From Anthoceros angustus (Eukaryota; Plantae; Anthocerotophyta): 64,000 nucleotides of DNA. This document shows, in pieces, positions 47,357-60,209 of this stretch (its first letter is position 1; each line of letters starts with the position of its first letter). The translations under genes and the position numbers were made by a program. The notes beneath the pieces were generated by a model that saw only the letters and a list, made by a program, of their open reading frames with translations, did not search any database and had not been told where the DNA came from. The DNA lies in assembly GCA_010909165.1 (NCBI GenBank), contig MU008194.1, positions 372,001 to 436,000 of the forward strand. The letters are read 5' to 3'.

Positions 47357-48237
47357 GTTAGCAGCAGGTGGTGGTGGAATGTCGGCAGCTACCTTTGTGG
47401 GTTGGTAGATGCCTCAGATTACAGTCACCGCTGCAATGTCTTTCAGGTCTTTCAAGCAACACCTGGAGCTAGGGCGTCATTCAGTTCACCATTCTCAACC
47501 CCGGAGATCTACCGCCGTCTCCTTAGCTACTACAGCCTGCGTTTAGGGCATTCCATGCTCCAATGTTTTTCTCGGCCAAGGAATTGGACACCTGCTGCGC
47601 GCCAACCTTGCTTCCAGATATGTCATTTGTATCGAGCCTTCAGTCTTAACGCACTGAAGGCTGTGTTTTGTGTTGTGTTATATCTGTATCTGGGAAGCAC
47701 ATATATAGTGTATGTAACTGGCAAGGAATCTATGAAGCTCGGTTCTGTGATGCCTGAACCTTAAAGCCTTCTCTGTTCCCAGTGGATATAATATATGTCA
47801 TTTCCCCCATGGCGTTGATTCTCCCTCTAGGCTGCCCTCGAGGCTTTCTTGTGAGCCGTCGGTGCCGGCATCTGCTGTTGTTTAACTGTGGTGACGTCTG
47901 GCCTTCGTGGGCTGGGGGAGGGCTACGTGCAAAAAGCAAAAACCACTAACACCCACTACCGTCCGGGTGGTCGACAACACAAGAGGTGCTTCCTAGCACC
48001 CGAGAAATAAACCCTTTTCTCTCTCTCAGGAATATGCACATGCATCCCTTCCCCCTGACGACCAGGATATGGTGCTGTGAAGGACCGGGATTCTATAGCT
48101 GTTGAAAGCTGTGCTACCGTCCCAACTTCCCATCATGATCATCTGTCAGATTTGGTGAGCCGGATTGGGCCTTGCCGTAAACTCCTTATACTACCCGCTA
48201 ATTGGGAAGTTCGTTCACTTCTGACTCACTCATGTCA

Positions 48238-48350
48238 TTTTGTAGTGGGTTAAGGTCTAGTAATACTATGGTAGATTTGTAGTGGGTTAAGGTCTAGTAA
48301 TACTATGGTAGATTTGTAGTGGGTTAAGGTCTAGTAATACTATGGTAGAT
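48238..48350. repeat. Three perfect tandem copies of a 37-bp unit (tttgtagtgggttaaggtctagtaatactatggtaga)
   Basis: Direct repeats. Confidence 0.95.
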
Positions 48351-48779
48351 TGGAGACCCAAAAATCTTTGCACAATGATAAGTGGACATGTGGCATATTT
48401 AAGAAATTTATTACGATGAATGACTCACCATATACAATCCGTTCACCATATCGTTCATCCTAGCAACTTGATATCATTCTGCAACGCGTTCTTCCACCAA
48501 CTCGTGAATCTAAGCTGGATCCATTGTTTTTCTTAAGCAGGTGGACATGGACCCCTTTGTGAGTCACCCTTGCAAATCTATGCTTTCATACTTAAGTTAT
48601 GGTTTTAGCGGTCGAGGGCAGTGGCAAGTGCAGCTTTCACAAGGCTCAAGCGAGTGACTATTCACTTTTCGAACACCGTTCTTCGATTACTTTGCCTTTA
48701 AGAAACTCTGCAAGGCTTGAGCCCACTTGATGTTCGAGACTACCGAGGAGCTGTATCTACTTAGCTGGCTAAACTCATT

Positions 48780-49555
48780 GAACTCTCTAGCTGAAAACTT
48801 TAGGAGTTCATATCGTGTGCTACAAGTGCTTTATGAAATCCAAAACCACCCTCTCGAAGAACTCGTTGGGCTCCACAAAATGACATATCAAACATTATGT
48901 TCTGACATGCTGTGCAGGACTTAATGTTGTTCAAAAGTCCGCAATCAACTCTCTAGTTGAAACTTTGGGAGTCCATATCGTGTGCTACAAGCGCTCTCTA
49001 GGAAATTGAAACCCATCTTCTAATAAAACTTGTTGCGCTCTACAAAATAACATATCAAAGATTACGTTCTACAAAATGACATATCAAACATTCTGACATA
49101 CTGTGCAGGACTAAATACTGTTCAACGTTCAATACTAATTCTGAAAATAACTCTTTGGCTAAAACTTTGATAGTCCATATCGTGTGCTACAAGTGCTTTA
49201 TAATAAATCAAAAACCACCCTAAGGAATGGAAGGATATCAGAAAACCAAGTTGACCGGTCTAGTGTATAAGCAAATGGCTATGAAACCCATGTCACCAGT
49301 GGCCGGTCGTCAGTGCTCTAACAGACCGGTCGTAGTGTAAACTCACCCTTTTTACAATGCATGCAAAGTCTGTAAGCCATCTACGACGGATGAACTTATG
49401 CGGTTCTGACCCTGTTTACAATGCATGCAAAGTCTGTTCCAGGAAGAAAGCCATCTACGACACATGAATTTATGTGGTTCTGACTCTGTTTACAATGCAT
49501 GCAAAGTCTGTTCCATGAAGAAAGCAATCTACCACGGATGAACTATGCGGTTCGG
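48780..49555. repeat. Diverged tandem repeats: ~170-200-bp units (aactctc...catatcgtgtgctacaag, three copies), then ~65-75-bp units (tttacaatgcatgcaaagtctg, three copies)
   Basis: Repeated blocks near 48781/48948/49150 and 49350/49415/49489. Confidence 0.75.
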
Positions 49556-50081
49556 ACACACAATGGATCTAAGAGCCAGATTTCTGATCCATTCGCTTTT
49601 GATGTGTATGGTATTGTGGTCATTTCCGTTTACAGCTAGCCATTCACACAAGAGGCAAGAAGGAATCCTTGTTTCAGATGCATGCAAAAATTTATAAGGT
49701 ACAATCCTGGGGGTATAATTCGCCGGTCTGTGAGACGTGATAGAGATACATAGAGGGGGAAAAAACAACTCTATGGCTGAACCAGGTCCGTGGTCCGTGG
49801 CTGGACCAAGTCCGTGGTCCGTGGCTAGACGTGGACGGGTATAACGGTGCCGGCGGTCTACTGAGGATCATCTGCGCTCTGCATTCTTGGGCGTAAGCAG
49901 CTCCCAGTGCTCCACTCGATGGATGATATGTGCTTAGGCGGATAGCAGAAGACACCGCTCGGGAAGAGGTTGCATGAGACACCCGAGCGCAACTCGAATC
50001 AATCCGATGCCCAAAGAACGGGACCTCTCGAGCAGTGATGTCCAAGAAGGAACAGCCGAGGAAGAAGGAGAGACGGAAGCA

Positions 50082-52179
50082 TCACCCCTGCACGAACTTA
50101 TGCCCTCCGTGGCCATTAGTGTAAGCCTCCAGATCGCCCCTGGCGTTGGCGTTGTCCTGGTCCACCACTCTCTTGGGGCCCTGGAACTGGTACTTGGCAA
50201 CCGTGAACCAGTAGATGATCCCGAACCCGATGCAGCCAGCCATGCTGATGACGGCGTAGTTGAGGTTGGTGCCGGTGACTGGATACTCGGGAGGCAAGCA
50301 GAAGAGAATGGACATGGAGGCGCCCCACAGAGCTCCCCACCCCCCGATGTAGATGCTGTACCTGCCCAAAGAAAAGGGGCCCGACACGAATCCGTTGTTG
50401 AACAAATGCCGGCACATGAGGATGACGGTGTAAGGCCCGTAGGCCGTGATGGTGGACATGGCGGTGATGGCGGTGAAGGCCACGCTGCTCCCCAGGCTGG
50501 GCAGCGTGCAGAGGAAGGAGCCGATGACGGTCACCACGGTGGCGTTCACGGGAATCTTGTGGTCCGGGGAGAGCTTCACCAGGTAGCCGTGGAAGGGGAG
50601 AGCCACATCCCGGGCCATGGCGTAGATCTGCCATGGCACACAAGAGGAAACAAACGGAATGAGGAAAGTGGAAGGAAATGGAATGGAGTGAGTCAGGCTG
50701 GCTGGGATTCCAGAGTCGGAGGGTGGGTGCGAGTGGGACAAGAAATGCTCACCATCCTGGCTGTCAGAGTGACATTCGTGATGTTTCCGAAGAAGAGGGA
50801 ACCGGCTGCCAGCGCCGTGAAGGCAATGGCTCCGCCGGTGCCGTGGCCGTACTTGGCGTAGAAAACATCGTAGAACACCTGGCTTCCAGCGGAAGTGTCT
50901 CCTCCTCCTACGCAACAGGAAATTTGAGACACGGTCAGGCAGGCGATGCGATTGTTGCGATTGATGCGATTATTGCGACTGTCGCGACTACGTTGGACGA
51001 TGAGATTCTTACCGGTGGCAGTGAACTCGCCCAGCACGTTCTCAGGATGCTGGATGCAGAAGGTCATGACAAGGAGAAGCACAATTTCCACCCCGGCCGT
51101 GACGTACACAGAGCGGATCATGGCCCTGGGGCCGGCCACGGCGGCCGTGGTCACCTCCTCCACCACGTGCGAACCCACCTCGAACCCCGTCAGGATGGAC
51201 TGGAAGTAGGGCAGGCCCAGCAGCACCACCAGCACCGCGGAGTGGATGCCGCTGCCCGGCGACTTCACGAAATGCGTGAACACGAACTCGGCACTCTGGT
51301 ACTTGGGGGAGACTGCCAGCAGCGTCACCACGATCACCAGGATCGACAGAATCTGGAACCAGGCTCCGATGGAGCTCAGCCGACCCAGCCACCTGGTGCT
51401 CACTATGCTGATGAAGAAGTGGAGGAAGAAGAGCCCAGCCGTCACTCCTGCAATCTGTTCCATTCCAGTACTCCATTCCTCAGCATTCATACCCGAACCA
51501 GCTTCCGAGAACAACAAACGGTACCCACCACAACAGCACTCCATTTCTGAGCATTCATACGCAAACCACCTTCAAAGAACAACAAACAAGAAGACCAATC
51601 CCCTTCAAATCGGACGCAGTTCCACCACACCACATCACACAGAGCCTGCGAAGACAAACAGACAAAGTTAAACCCAGCTGGTCCTTGAACTCTTACCTGG
51701 GAATCGGTGAGCTGATACCCCCCGCCCTGCGCCCCGCCGGTTCCCAGCAGGATCATGATGGCCACCAGCTGCGCCAGCAGGTACTCGTTCAAGGCGGTTC
51801 CGCAGAAGGAGCCCACCAGATACACCCAGCCCACGAACCAGGCCGACCAGGCAGCGTGCTTCCTGGGCACCAGCTGGGCCACCCAGAAATACACGCTCCC
51901 CAGCGTGGGATACGCGCTGATCACCTCCGACATTGCAAACGCCATCATGAGAGTGCCGATGGCGGTGGCCAGGAATCCCCAGAAAATGGTGACAGGCCCG
52001 CCGTAGGAGTACATGTAGCCGTAATAGCCCGTCACGAATCCCAGGGGCGCGGTGTAGGAGAAGGTGTAAGCCCATTGCTCGAACGGGCTCATCACCCGCT
52101 TGTACTGCCCCTTGTACCCCAGCTCGTTCAGCCTCCTCTCATCCTCGTCCACCGCCGCATCCTTCCCGCGCACCTCCAT
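50082..52179 (-). CDS. BAT1: APC-superfamily permease, BAT1-like, copy 2 (four exons)
   Basis: Same motifs and intron positions as 33954-35911; ATG of MEVRGKD at 52179. Confidence 0.88.
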
Positions 52180-52207
52180 CGCTGCTGCTTCTCTGGAGCT
52201 GGAGCTT

Positions 52208-52300
52208 CGCAATGCCACGCAATGCAATGCTATGCCACGCAATGCAACGCAATGCCACGCAATGCAATGCAATGCAACGCAATGCAACGCAATGCAACGC
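52208..52300. repeat. (GCAAT/GCAAC/GCCAC)n pentanucleotide microsatellite just 5' of BAT1 copy 2
   Basis: Direct reading. Confidence 0.9.
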
Positions 52301-53597
52301 AGCTCAACAGCTACCCACTCGGGGGGCTCCCTCCCTTCCTCACCCTCGACCCACTGCCCTCTGGCTCACAACGGAACTACGCCGCCTACTGCATTGTCGC
52401 CGGATTGGCTCCGTTCTGGCAGGAGCAAGAATCAAGGATTGGAAGAGAGCAGGCCACGGTAGTGGGGATCGGCTCATCTGCTGCACGGGTTCTTGCTGTC
52501 AAACCGGCTCCGTTATATCTATCCTGGGTGGCCCCGCCCTCGGGTGCCACCCAACCGCTTTACCCGTTGCCGTCGCTGTCACACCCGAGTGAACCCGCCT
52601 TGGGTACGCCCCGCCTGCTCCTTGGTTATCAGTATTATACAGGGGGAGGCTCGCTATGTCGGGTTTGCCCCCTCCGGCGATTTTCCGACGTGGTGGAGTT
52701 CTTCGCCGGCCATCCGCCGGGACGGCTGCGATCCAGTTTCAGCGTGTGCGTGGAGGGAGCTCTCCGCAACAGGCCACGCGCAAACCTTCGTGCCTTGTAT
52801 GTCCCCATGCGCCTCCCCCATAACAGCCCTGTGTCCTAAACGTTTAGAATGGAAGCGCTAGATAATATATCTAATTAGCACGATGTTACTAGATAATATT
52901 TCTTATTTTAATAGTAGTGCTAGATAATATATTTTATCAGAATAGTAATGCTAGATAATATATCTTTCACACTAATGACAGAATATGCTTTGATACCATG
53001 ATAGAATAGGCTCTAATACGTGATAGAATATGCTCTATTACCATGATAGAATGTACTATGATACCGTGATAGAATATGCCAGGAATTAAATAACAAGAGC
53101 TTTATACATGTGTAACAACAGCATACAAGACACAAAACACAGTGCAGAGAATCACATGTGCATAACACTGTCTTACAGACCCTTATATAGGATGGAGAGG
53201 CTATATTTTAATATGGTACTTACATGTACAACACAAGTCAACATATCGCAGTAAACATGATTATCACCAAACCCTAAATCCTACTTATTCTATCAACGAA
53301 CACTTACATCCAGATCTTAGCATGGACATTGCTATTTGTTTTCAATTACCTTCTATTAGTTTTCCATCATTTTTTCACCTCAATAAAATCTCCTTCTATT
53401 AGCTGTTCCAAGTACATTAGTCTTGTCTTTCAAAGTTCGTGCGCATTTCTATATCCCAAAGCAAATACACTTCAATCGGAAAATAATTATAAAACATTAA
53501 AACTATATTATATTAATTTAAAATATTTCTTATATACCATCAAATATTATATACACGATCAAAAGAAACTAATTATGAGAACTTGGTAAAGAACCTA

Positions 53598-53690
53598 CCT
53601 TGTTCCCCTTGGCCTGGGGCCCTCCATAGGGTTGTTCCCCTTTCGTCTTGGGGTAGATGGGATTTCCCATCTTTTTTTAAATATATAACA
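53598..53690 (+). mobile_element. Very short 3'-end fragment related to the CRE-type element
   Basis: ggttgttccc...agatgggatttcccatct followed by T/TA run resembles the long copy's ggttgttccc..ggatgggcttttcccatt. Confidence 0.5.
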
Positions 53691-54953
53691 TGCAAGTTAC
53701 CAAGAATCTACCAAGGTTGCTCTTAATGAATACCTCATTCAGGTCCTTCAACAAAGATGACCCTTACCCTAAATTAAGTAAAGTCCAACGGTTATTTTAG
53801 GCACTATATTACTATACTACTCAAGCTTGAGAATAGGTCCAGATAAACCATGTCAAATATATCCTCGTAATACATACACAAGGCTCACTTTCAGTTATAA
53901 AGTCATGTGCAGTTTCAAAGTAACTATTACTTCCATACATAGGTGGCTGCGAGAATGCTGAAACACCCAATAGCTAACAACAACAATCGATTTTTGTTGC
54001 CAACTTCATGGTGATATTCTGTCTCTAATTGCTCGAGAGTTTGACACTCACTTGCCCACATGGTGATGCATGTAAACCATTGACTTGTACACAACATCTT
54101 TTGCTCGATAACCTTCATCACTTTGATCCCCAAGCTTCTATTTTCAAAAGCTTCTAACGGTTGGTACCACCTCCTAGCCCTTTCAAAATAACGCACACCT
54201 AGGAAAGGAAGAAGCTGCATCCAACAACAGTTGTGAGTATGACGTAATTCTATTTTTTGAAGTATAAATTGGCAAGCATAGGATTGATGAGTTCATACCT
54301 TGGTAAAGATCTCCACACTTATGCGCAAGATAAGTAAAAAACAAATACTAATGAACCAACCTTCACGAAGTATGAACACTATTGTGGAAAACAACACTTT
54401 GAATAGGTTCAATAATGAGACTTCAAAAATTAAAAACCATGTAAATTTGAAACATATATTTAAAAAATAAATAAAGTAAATAATACGAAAAAAAAGTTGA
54501 GTAAAGTAACCCATCCTAGTATAGAAATGCAAGACCAATGTTTACTTCAAAGCAAGACAATCATATTTCTTATGCACATATATAGAACACAAATCATTCA
54601 ATTTCTCGGTGATGAATACAATTGGAACATCAAATGTCGATGTCTCTAGACATTGAAAGAACTACATATTAAATTTATGATAAATATGCATTACATAAAC
54701 ATAATAATTTTTCATTACATGCATTTTTTAATCAAATATCAAGGACATTACATGCAACATTGTATTGTAAGGATGAGGAAGAACCTAGACGCTACTTAGT
54801 TTGCCCAGCTGCTGAACGAGGCCCATCAACAAATGAGGCAGATAGAGTGGCAATATGCGGAGAGCAACGCTCGGGCAGCAGAGAGCACAAGCGAAAGCCG
54901 CCAGCAGCCATAGCAAGTAGTCGACAACGCCTGCAAGCACCCGGCATACAAAG

Positions 54954-55240
54954 ATGGCAAGGCGAGAGGCTTACGACGGAACGGGGGACTCCACAACTAT
55001 TGAGCTGTGGATTCACCAGGTGACTGCATACATAGAGTTAAGCAGGACTGATCCACAGCAGTCCGTGCATGCATGTAGCAACAACATTTTTGAAAGGCAC
55101 TCTGGTGGGTTCAACAGCTGCAAGCGACGCAGCAAGGCATCGTAGTTGCCCCTGCAAACCTAGACGACTTCTTGCAATCGGTCAAGACTGAGTTTGTGCC
55201 GCTAAAGGGATGTCAGATAACACGGGAGAAGTTTCATTAA
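54954..55240 (+). mobile_element. Ty3/gypsy-type gag remnant
   Basis: YDGTGDSTTIELWIHQV, then after a frameshift ALWWVQQL...LDDFLQSVKTEFVP..CQITREKF, typical of retrotransposon gag. Confidence 0.65.
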
Positions 55241-55510
55241 ACATCATTTTGTTTTTAAGCTACAGGTCTTTGAAGAATTTGTAAGATATTTAACTACATG
55301 ATTTTTTCATGTTAACTTCATGTACACACCAAGGTTTAGCCTAAATTTTGTTACGGACCACATTTATCACATTTCTACATATAGAAGAAGACGAAGAAAC
55401 TTTTTATAATCCATTAGGGATGATGAAAAGATTGAACAATAGGATGGTAAACAGGTTGAATAATAATAATACTTCTACAAAGCGACATGAAATTTTATAA
55501 TACAACCACC

Positions 55511-56377
55511 TTAAGATATAATACTTCTACAAAGCGGACATGAAATTTTATAATACAACCACCTTAAGATACATTCGATATGAAATGAATGCCCACAACG
55601 AGGACAAAGATATATAATATGTCCTTTAGGAGGGCATTCCAAACATATTGGGCAAATGTTATGTGAAAGAGAAATAATGATATGTTCTTGACTAATTTCC
55701 ATGTACTTTTTATTACGAGTAATATCATTAACTAAATGAAGATCATGAGGTAAAGATATAAAAGTTATAGGTAGAATATTTGGCACTGGCGGTGTAATAC
55801 AAAATGCTATATGATCAATTTTTGAAATTAATGTACTTTGCAAGATTGATTCATACTTCTCTTCTTCAATCTCTTCTTCACCTACGAGCATATATGCTCC
55901 CGAATCAGTTATATGGTAATGTGCTAGTACCATGCAGAACCCATGTCGGTATCTACCACATCCCACAATTCCATTTATTTCGTTTCCTGGTTCTTGATTT
56001 GAAGCATCTATGCCTCTAAGTATTCGATCGCTGGTTTGATTAATTTCTCGATCTTGGTTTGAAGAATCTACACCTCCAGTTATTTGTTGACTTGTTTCAT
56101 AAAATTCTTGTTCCTGATTTAAAGTAACTGCGTCTCCAAGTACTTGGTCGCCTGTCCGATTAATGTCTCGGTCTTGATTTGAAGAATCTGCACCTCCACT
56201 GATTTGATGACTTGTTTCATTAAATTCTTGTTCTTGATTTGAAGTAATTGGATCACCTGTTTGATTAAATTCACCTTCATGATAAGAAGTGCTTTGATCA
56301 CTTATTTGATTCAATTCTTGGTCCCGATGTGAAGTATTTTCAATAGGCTGGGTAAACTTTGTCTGTCGTAGGCCCAT
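55511..56377 (-). CDS. Intronless AT-rich RING-H2 E3 ligase with N-terminal Asn/Gln/Glu-rich repeats
   Basis: CPIC...CGHSFHIEC...W.....CPLCR; 20/40-aa repeats (NQEQEF.ETS.QI.GG.DSSNQDR.IN.T); MGLRQTK start; TATA-like run ~70 bp upstream. Confidence 0.8.
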   Translation of the reverse strand: MGLRQTKFTQPIENTSHRDQELNQISDQSTSYHEGEFNQTGDPITSNQEQEFNETSHQISGGADSSNQDRDINRTGDQVLGDAVTLNQEQEFYETSQQITGGVDSSNQDREINQTSDRILRGIDASNQEPGNEINGIVGCGRYRHGFCMVLAHYHITDSGAYMLVGEEEIEEEKYESILQSTLISKIDHIAFCITPPVPNILPITFISLPHDLHLVNDITRNKKYMEISQEHIIISLSHNICPICLECPPKGHIIYLCPRCGHSFHIECILRWLYYKISCPLCRSIIS

Positions 56378-56651
56378 GGTGCCTATGATGAATAGATAAA
56401 TCTTATTCGTCAAAGCTCTCTCACATGAGGAGACTAGCGTCCTCTATAAATATAGATCCACTATCCCTTTTAAAGTAGTTCCTTAACTTAACTACTATTA
56501 TAACCAGTCAAGATAAACTAAACAAACTACTAAAGCCACTTGAGATATACTAGACAAACATAGTAAAGAGGGTACAACTATAGCACCAAAACTCTTACTA
56601 AACATAGACGAAAAACAACAAAGAGTAGATATCGTTTACATTTTATACATA

Positions 56652-57174
56652 TAGTCCACCCACCCTAATTGGGACTGGTTCGGAGTGCCTTTAGAGGTCC
56701 CATTAAGGGAGGTGTCCCGATTACTTTTCTATTTAAAAATAATAAAAATATTATAAAATTTAAAAATACCCCAAAAAGGAAATTTTAAATTTTGATTGAT
56801 AGGTTTCACTAAAAATAACTTTTACCACTTCTATGTATAGTTGCTTGAAAGCTAGCACTCTCTCTAAGCAGCATTAAAAAACCTATACTTATCATAAAGG
56901 AAAAAGCTTAGCTTAGGCGGCTTCAATCACACCTAAAAGTCTGTTGTGCTTTGAAATAATCGATTCCTTTTTCTTTTCTATTTTAATTTTTTAAGTAAAA
57001 AAATTGAAAATCCCATTTAGGGAGGTTAAACTAACATGTATGTTTCAAAAGGTCCCAAATACCATTTAGGGAAAAGTCCTATTTTTTACACTGTAAACTA
57101 AAGGGAGTAGGATGGGAGGTCCCATTTAGAGAGGAATCCCATTTATAGAGTTCCCAATTAGGGGGGACCGACTG
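56652..57174. mobile_element. Tc1/mariner (pogo-like) MITE
   Basis: Imperfect TIRs tagtccacccaccctaattggga / tcccaattaggggggaccgactg, flanked by TA on both sides; subterminal cccatt(t)a repeats; non-coding AT-rich interior. Confidence 0.75.
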
Positions 57175-57845
57175 TATATATTTTTGAATATATAATTCAC
57201 TTAGAGTTTTTAGATTAAAGAATATAATATATGCACCACCTCGAGAGTCAAATTGATGATAATTATCAACTTGATATACTGATCAGGTAGACAAAAATAT
57301 TCCATACGCGTACATCCGGGCTTTTGAAATTGGCTTTCCTCTTTCATTAGTAGCTGCTGAACACTTAAGAGTGGAGTTGAATTTCATCACACAAAGTCTT
57401 CGGTAGCCCAAGGGAACCAACGAACCAACACCAAGGCGCCTACGGTAGCTTTGGGATGTACGTATGAGAGGAAACTTTGACGCCATGAGTGTTTGAAGGT
57501 CAGAGTTACGGTGGGTTGCGGACGGCACCGAATTTGGTTGCGGCAGCACAGAGATCTGAGGCCACCCTTACCGGCAGAATCTGGAAAAATGAGGCAGGCA
57601 ACGAGGTTGCGATGCCCGGCTGAATGGCTGAATGCAGCTTGGAACGCACCACAATCAGCTCACTCCTGCCTAGGGCTCAAAAATTCTTCACAAAAAAACC
57701 ACTAGCCAGTCTAAAGCATGCCCAGTTGCCTGATCACCCGCCCCTGGTGGCGACTCCGTGCTAAATTCAACAGCAGGTCGGGGAGCGGGCATCCGCAGAG
57801 CGGTGGGCCGGCATGGAGGTGTTGGGCGGCAGCCAGGTGCGGCTC

Positions 57846-59472
57846 ATGATGTTGGGCTCTGCTTCCGCTCTGCCATCGAAGCGAGGGCAGAGCCATCCGT
57901 CAACCTCGTACGCCGCCCGACCCTGCTGCTGCGCCAGGGCAGCGAGGCACCAGCTCTGGGCTGCTGGCCCCTGTAGGGATTGGATTGGGATTGGGATTGG
58001 GATTGGGAGTGGGATTGGGAGTGGGAGTGGGGTGGCCCGCTCCAGGAGGCCCTCCTGGTGCTGCTCTGCCGCGGATGGACCGTCTCCGAATGGCGCCTCC
58101 GCTGAGGGTGCGGTGCCCAATACACCAATGGTTTGCCACTCTGGTTCTTTCCTTCCTCCTGCTGCTGCCCTCGCATTGCATTGGAGGATGCGGTTACAAT
58201 TGGGCTGATGTCATGTTGATGCCGGGATGAACGATTTGGCATTGGGCAGTTCAAGAGCCGCCGGGATATGCTGCTGGAATATGTGAAGAATGTGCAACCC
58301 GAGTTCATGGAGCGGTTTGTGAAAGGAGCCCCTGACCAGGTTCGTGTGCTGGGAGCTGCATTGAGTCCCTTCTCTGTTGCCCTGCTCTTCGTTCAACATC
58401 CTTGCCGTGGTGCAGGTCGTGGAGGGAATGCGGCAGACAGTGACGAACATGCTTGGGACGCTTCCTCCACAGTTCTTTGACATGACAGTATCCACGGTGG
58501 GTACAGATTGGCTTTGCCGCTTGTCCTTGGCTCATGGTGGGCCACAGATTCAGCATCTTATTTGTGATCTGCGGTGCTGCTTGAGGAGAGCAGGTTGCGG
58601 AGAATCTGGCACAGCTCATGTACAGCGTGCTCATGACTGGCTACATGTTCAGAAATGCTCAGTACCGGTTAGAGTTGCAGCAGAGTCTGGCTCAGGTTGC
58701 CTTACCTGCTCCTGAGAAGCAAGAGGTAAGCAAGCACGCTTCGGTAGTAGCATGCTTAGCAAGACAGATGTGCCCTCCGAGCTTGAGACCCTGAACTGCG
58801 GCTGCTTCCAACTGTGCAGTTTGAACCTGGAGTTCAGAAGACGAAAGTGAGTGGCGAGGTTCTGAGGTGGCACAAGGTGGATGGGCCAATCGAGATGGAC
58901 GCTGTGGAGTACATAGAATTGCTGGAGGGTGAAGTCCAGGAGCTGCAAAGGCAGCTTGAACAGCAAAGACGGGCCTCGCACGGCAGGAACCCGTTGCTCG
59001 AGTATCTGAAAAGTCTTGAGCCGCAGAACTTGCAGGTGTCGCATACACGCCTTCTTGTATGCCATCAGAAGAGTATCTGCGGTTTCCCTCTTCGTAGTTC
59101 TGACTTTCGTGGCTATGGTCTCATAACAGCAACTGACGAGCAGCGCTGGAGAGGATGCACTGGAAGCCATGAACACCTTCATCCAGCGTTTGCTGGGCAT
59201 ATCCGATCCCGTCCAGCTCAAGGTGAGCAATTGTGTGCGCTTCCTGTCGTGGTTTGAGGGATGCAGCGTGCTCTTTCCTGCACAGAAGTAACTTGCTGCG
59301 TCTCTTCCAGAGGGCTGCAACAGAAACATCCGCAGCAGAGCTGGCCAAGCTGCTGTATTGGCTCATGGTGGTCGGTTACAGCATCAGGAACATCGAAGTT
59401 CGATACGACATGGAGAAAGTGTTAGGGCAGCCAGCCAAACTGGCAGAGCTCCCCCCTGGCGAGGTCATATAG
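57846..59472 (+). CDS. DUF760 plastid protein (At3g17800-like), multi-exon
   Basis: LLEYVKNVQPEFMERF, MRQTVTNMLGTLPPQFF, AENLAQLMYSVLMTGYMFRNAQYRLELQQSL, NPLLEYLKSLEPQNLQ, LAKLLYWLMVVGYSIRNIEVR. Confidence 0.9.
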
Positions 59473-59753
59473 ATACGCTGCAGAGCTGCAGTTTTGCAAT
59501 ATTCATCGAGCACTTCAAGCTCCGGAGTAGTATAAGTGAAGTAGGGTTTGACAGGAGGCAGAATCATGTGCACGAATCAACAAAAAATTTATAACAACAA
59601 CGGGAGCCAGCCTTGGGACGCCATATGGTTTAAATGTTCGTAGCAAGTCTACAAAGGAATCGGCAGTCTTGCGACTAGCCAAGAGGAAGAGAAAAGGTCA
59701 GTCCTCAGCTCTCCAAAACCCTTGCAGCAAGTGAGGACGCGACCTACCGCAGC

Positions 59754-60209
59754 TCACACATTGGAGCGAGATCTGATGGGAATGTCCCGCATCTCCCGCC
59801 GCATGCAGAGCCACTCTCCAAGAAGAGCCATGACGGCCAGGCCGCAGCCGTTGAGCAGCCACCAGGCGATGGAGGTCGGGAAGCCGGCGTACGTGAGGCA
59901 CAGGAAGAGGTGGATGATGTACATGGTGGCAGTGAAGTCCAGGCACTTTTTGGTGCGCTCCACCAGCAGCAGGAGGTATCCAGCCCCGACGAAGGAGTTG
60001 AGGAAGAAGGCGGCCATGGTGCCCCAGCCGGTGATGCTGGCCACGGACAGGAGCGAGGCATCGAAGAAGTAGCTGAGCGATAGCTTGGGGATCTGCGATC
60101 CCACAAACAGCCACAGCATGGCCCCCAGGCTCAGGTAGTAGAGGCACTGGATGCAGCAGATTTGTGCGACGATGAGCCACGGATCCCACACAGATGCCCC
60201 ATAGAACAT
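59754..60209 (-). CDS. SYS1: SYS1 Golgi membrane protein
   Basis: MFYGASVWDPWLIVAQICCIQCLYY, VERTKKCLDF, LGEWLCMRREMRDIP. Confidence 0.95.
   Translation of the reverse strand: MFYGASVWDPWLIVAQICCIQCLYYLSLGAMLWLFVGSQIPKLSLSYFFDASLLSVASITGWGTMAAFFLNSFVGAGYLLLLVERTKKCLDFTATMYIIHLFLCLTYAGFPTSIAWWLLNGCGLAVMALLGEWLCMRREMRDIPIRSRSNV

Noticed and set aside
53927-54220. 97-aa minus-strand ORF with a hydrophobic C-terminus
   Set aside because: No motif; it lies in decayed AT-rich DNA and there is not enough evidence to call a gene.
57283-57395. Minus-strand TGTGATGA...CTGA as a C/D box snoRNA
   Set aside because: No terminal stem or recognisable rRNA antisense element; such short motifs arise by chance.
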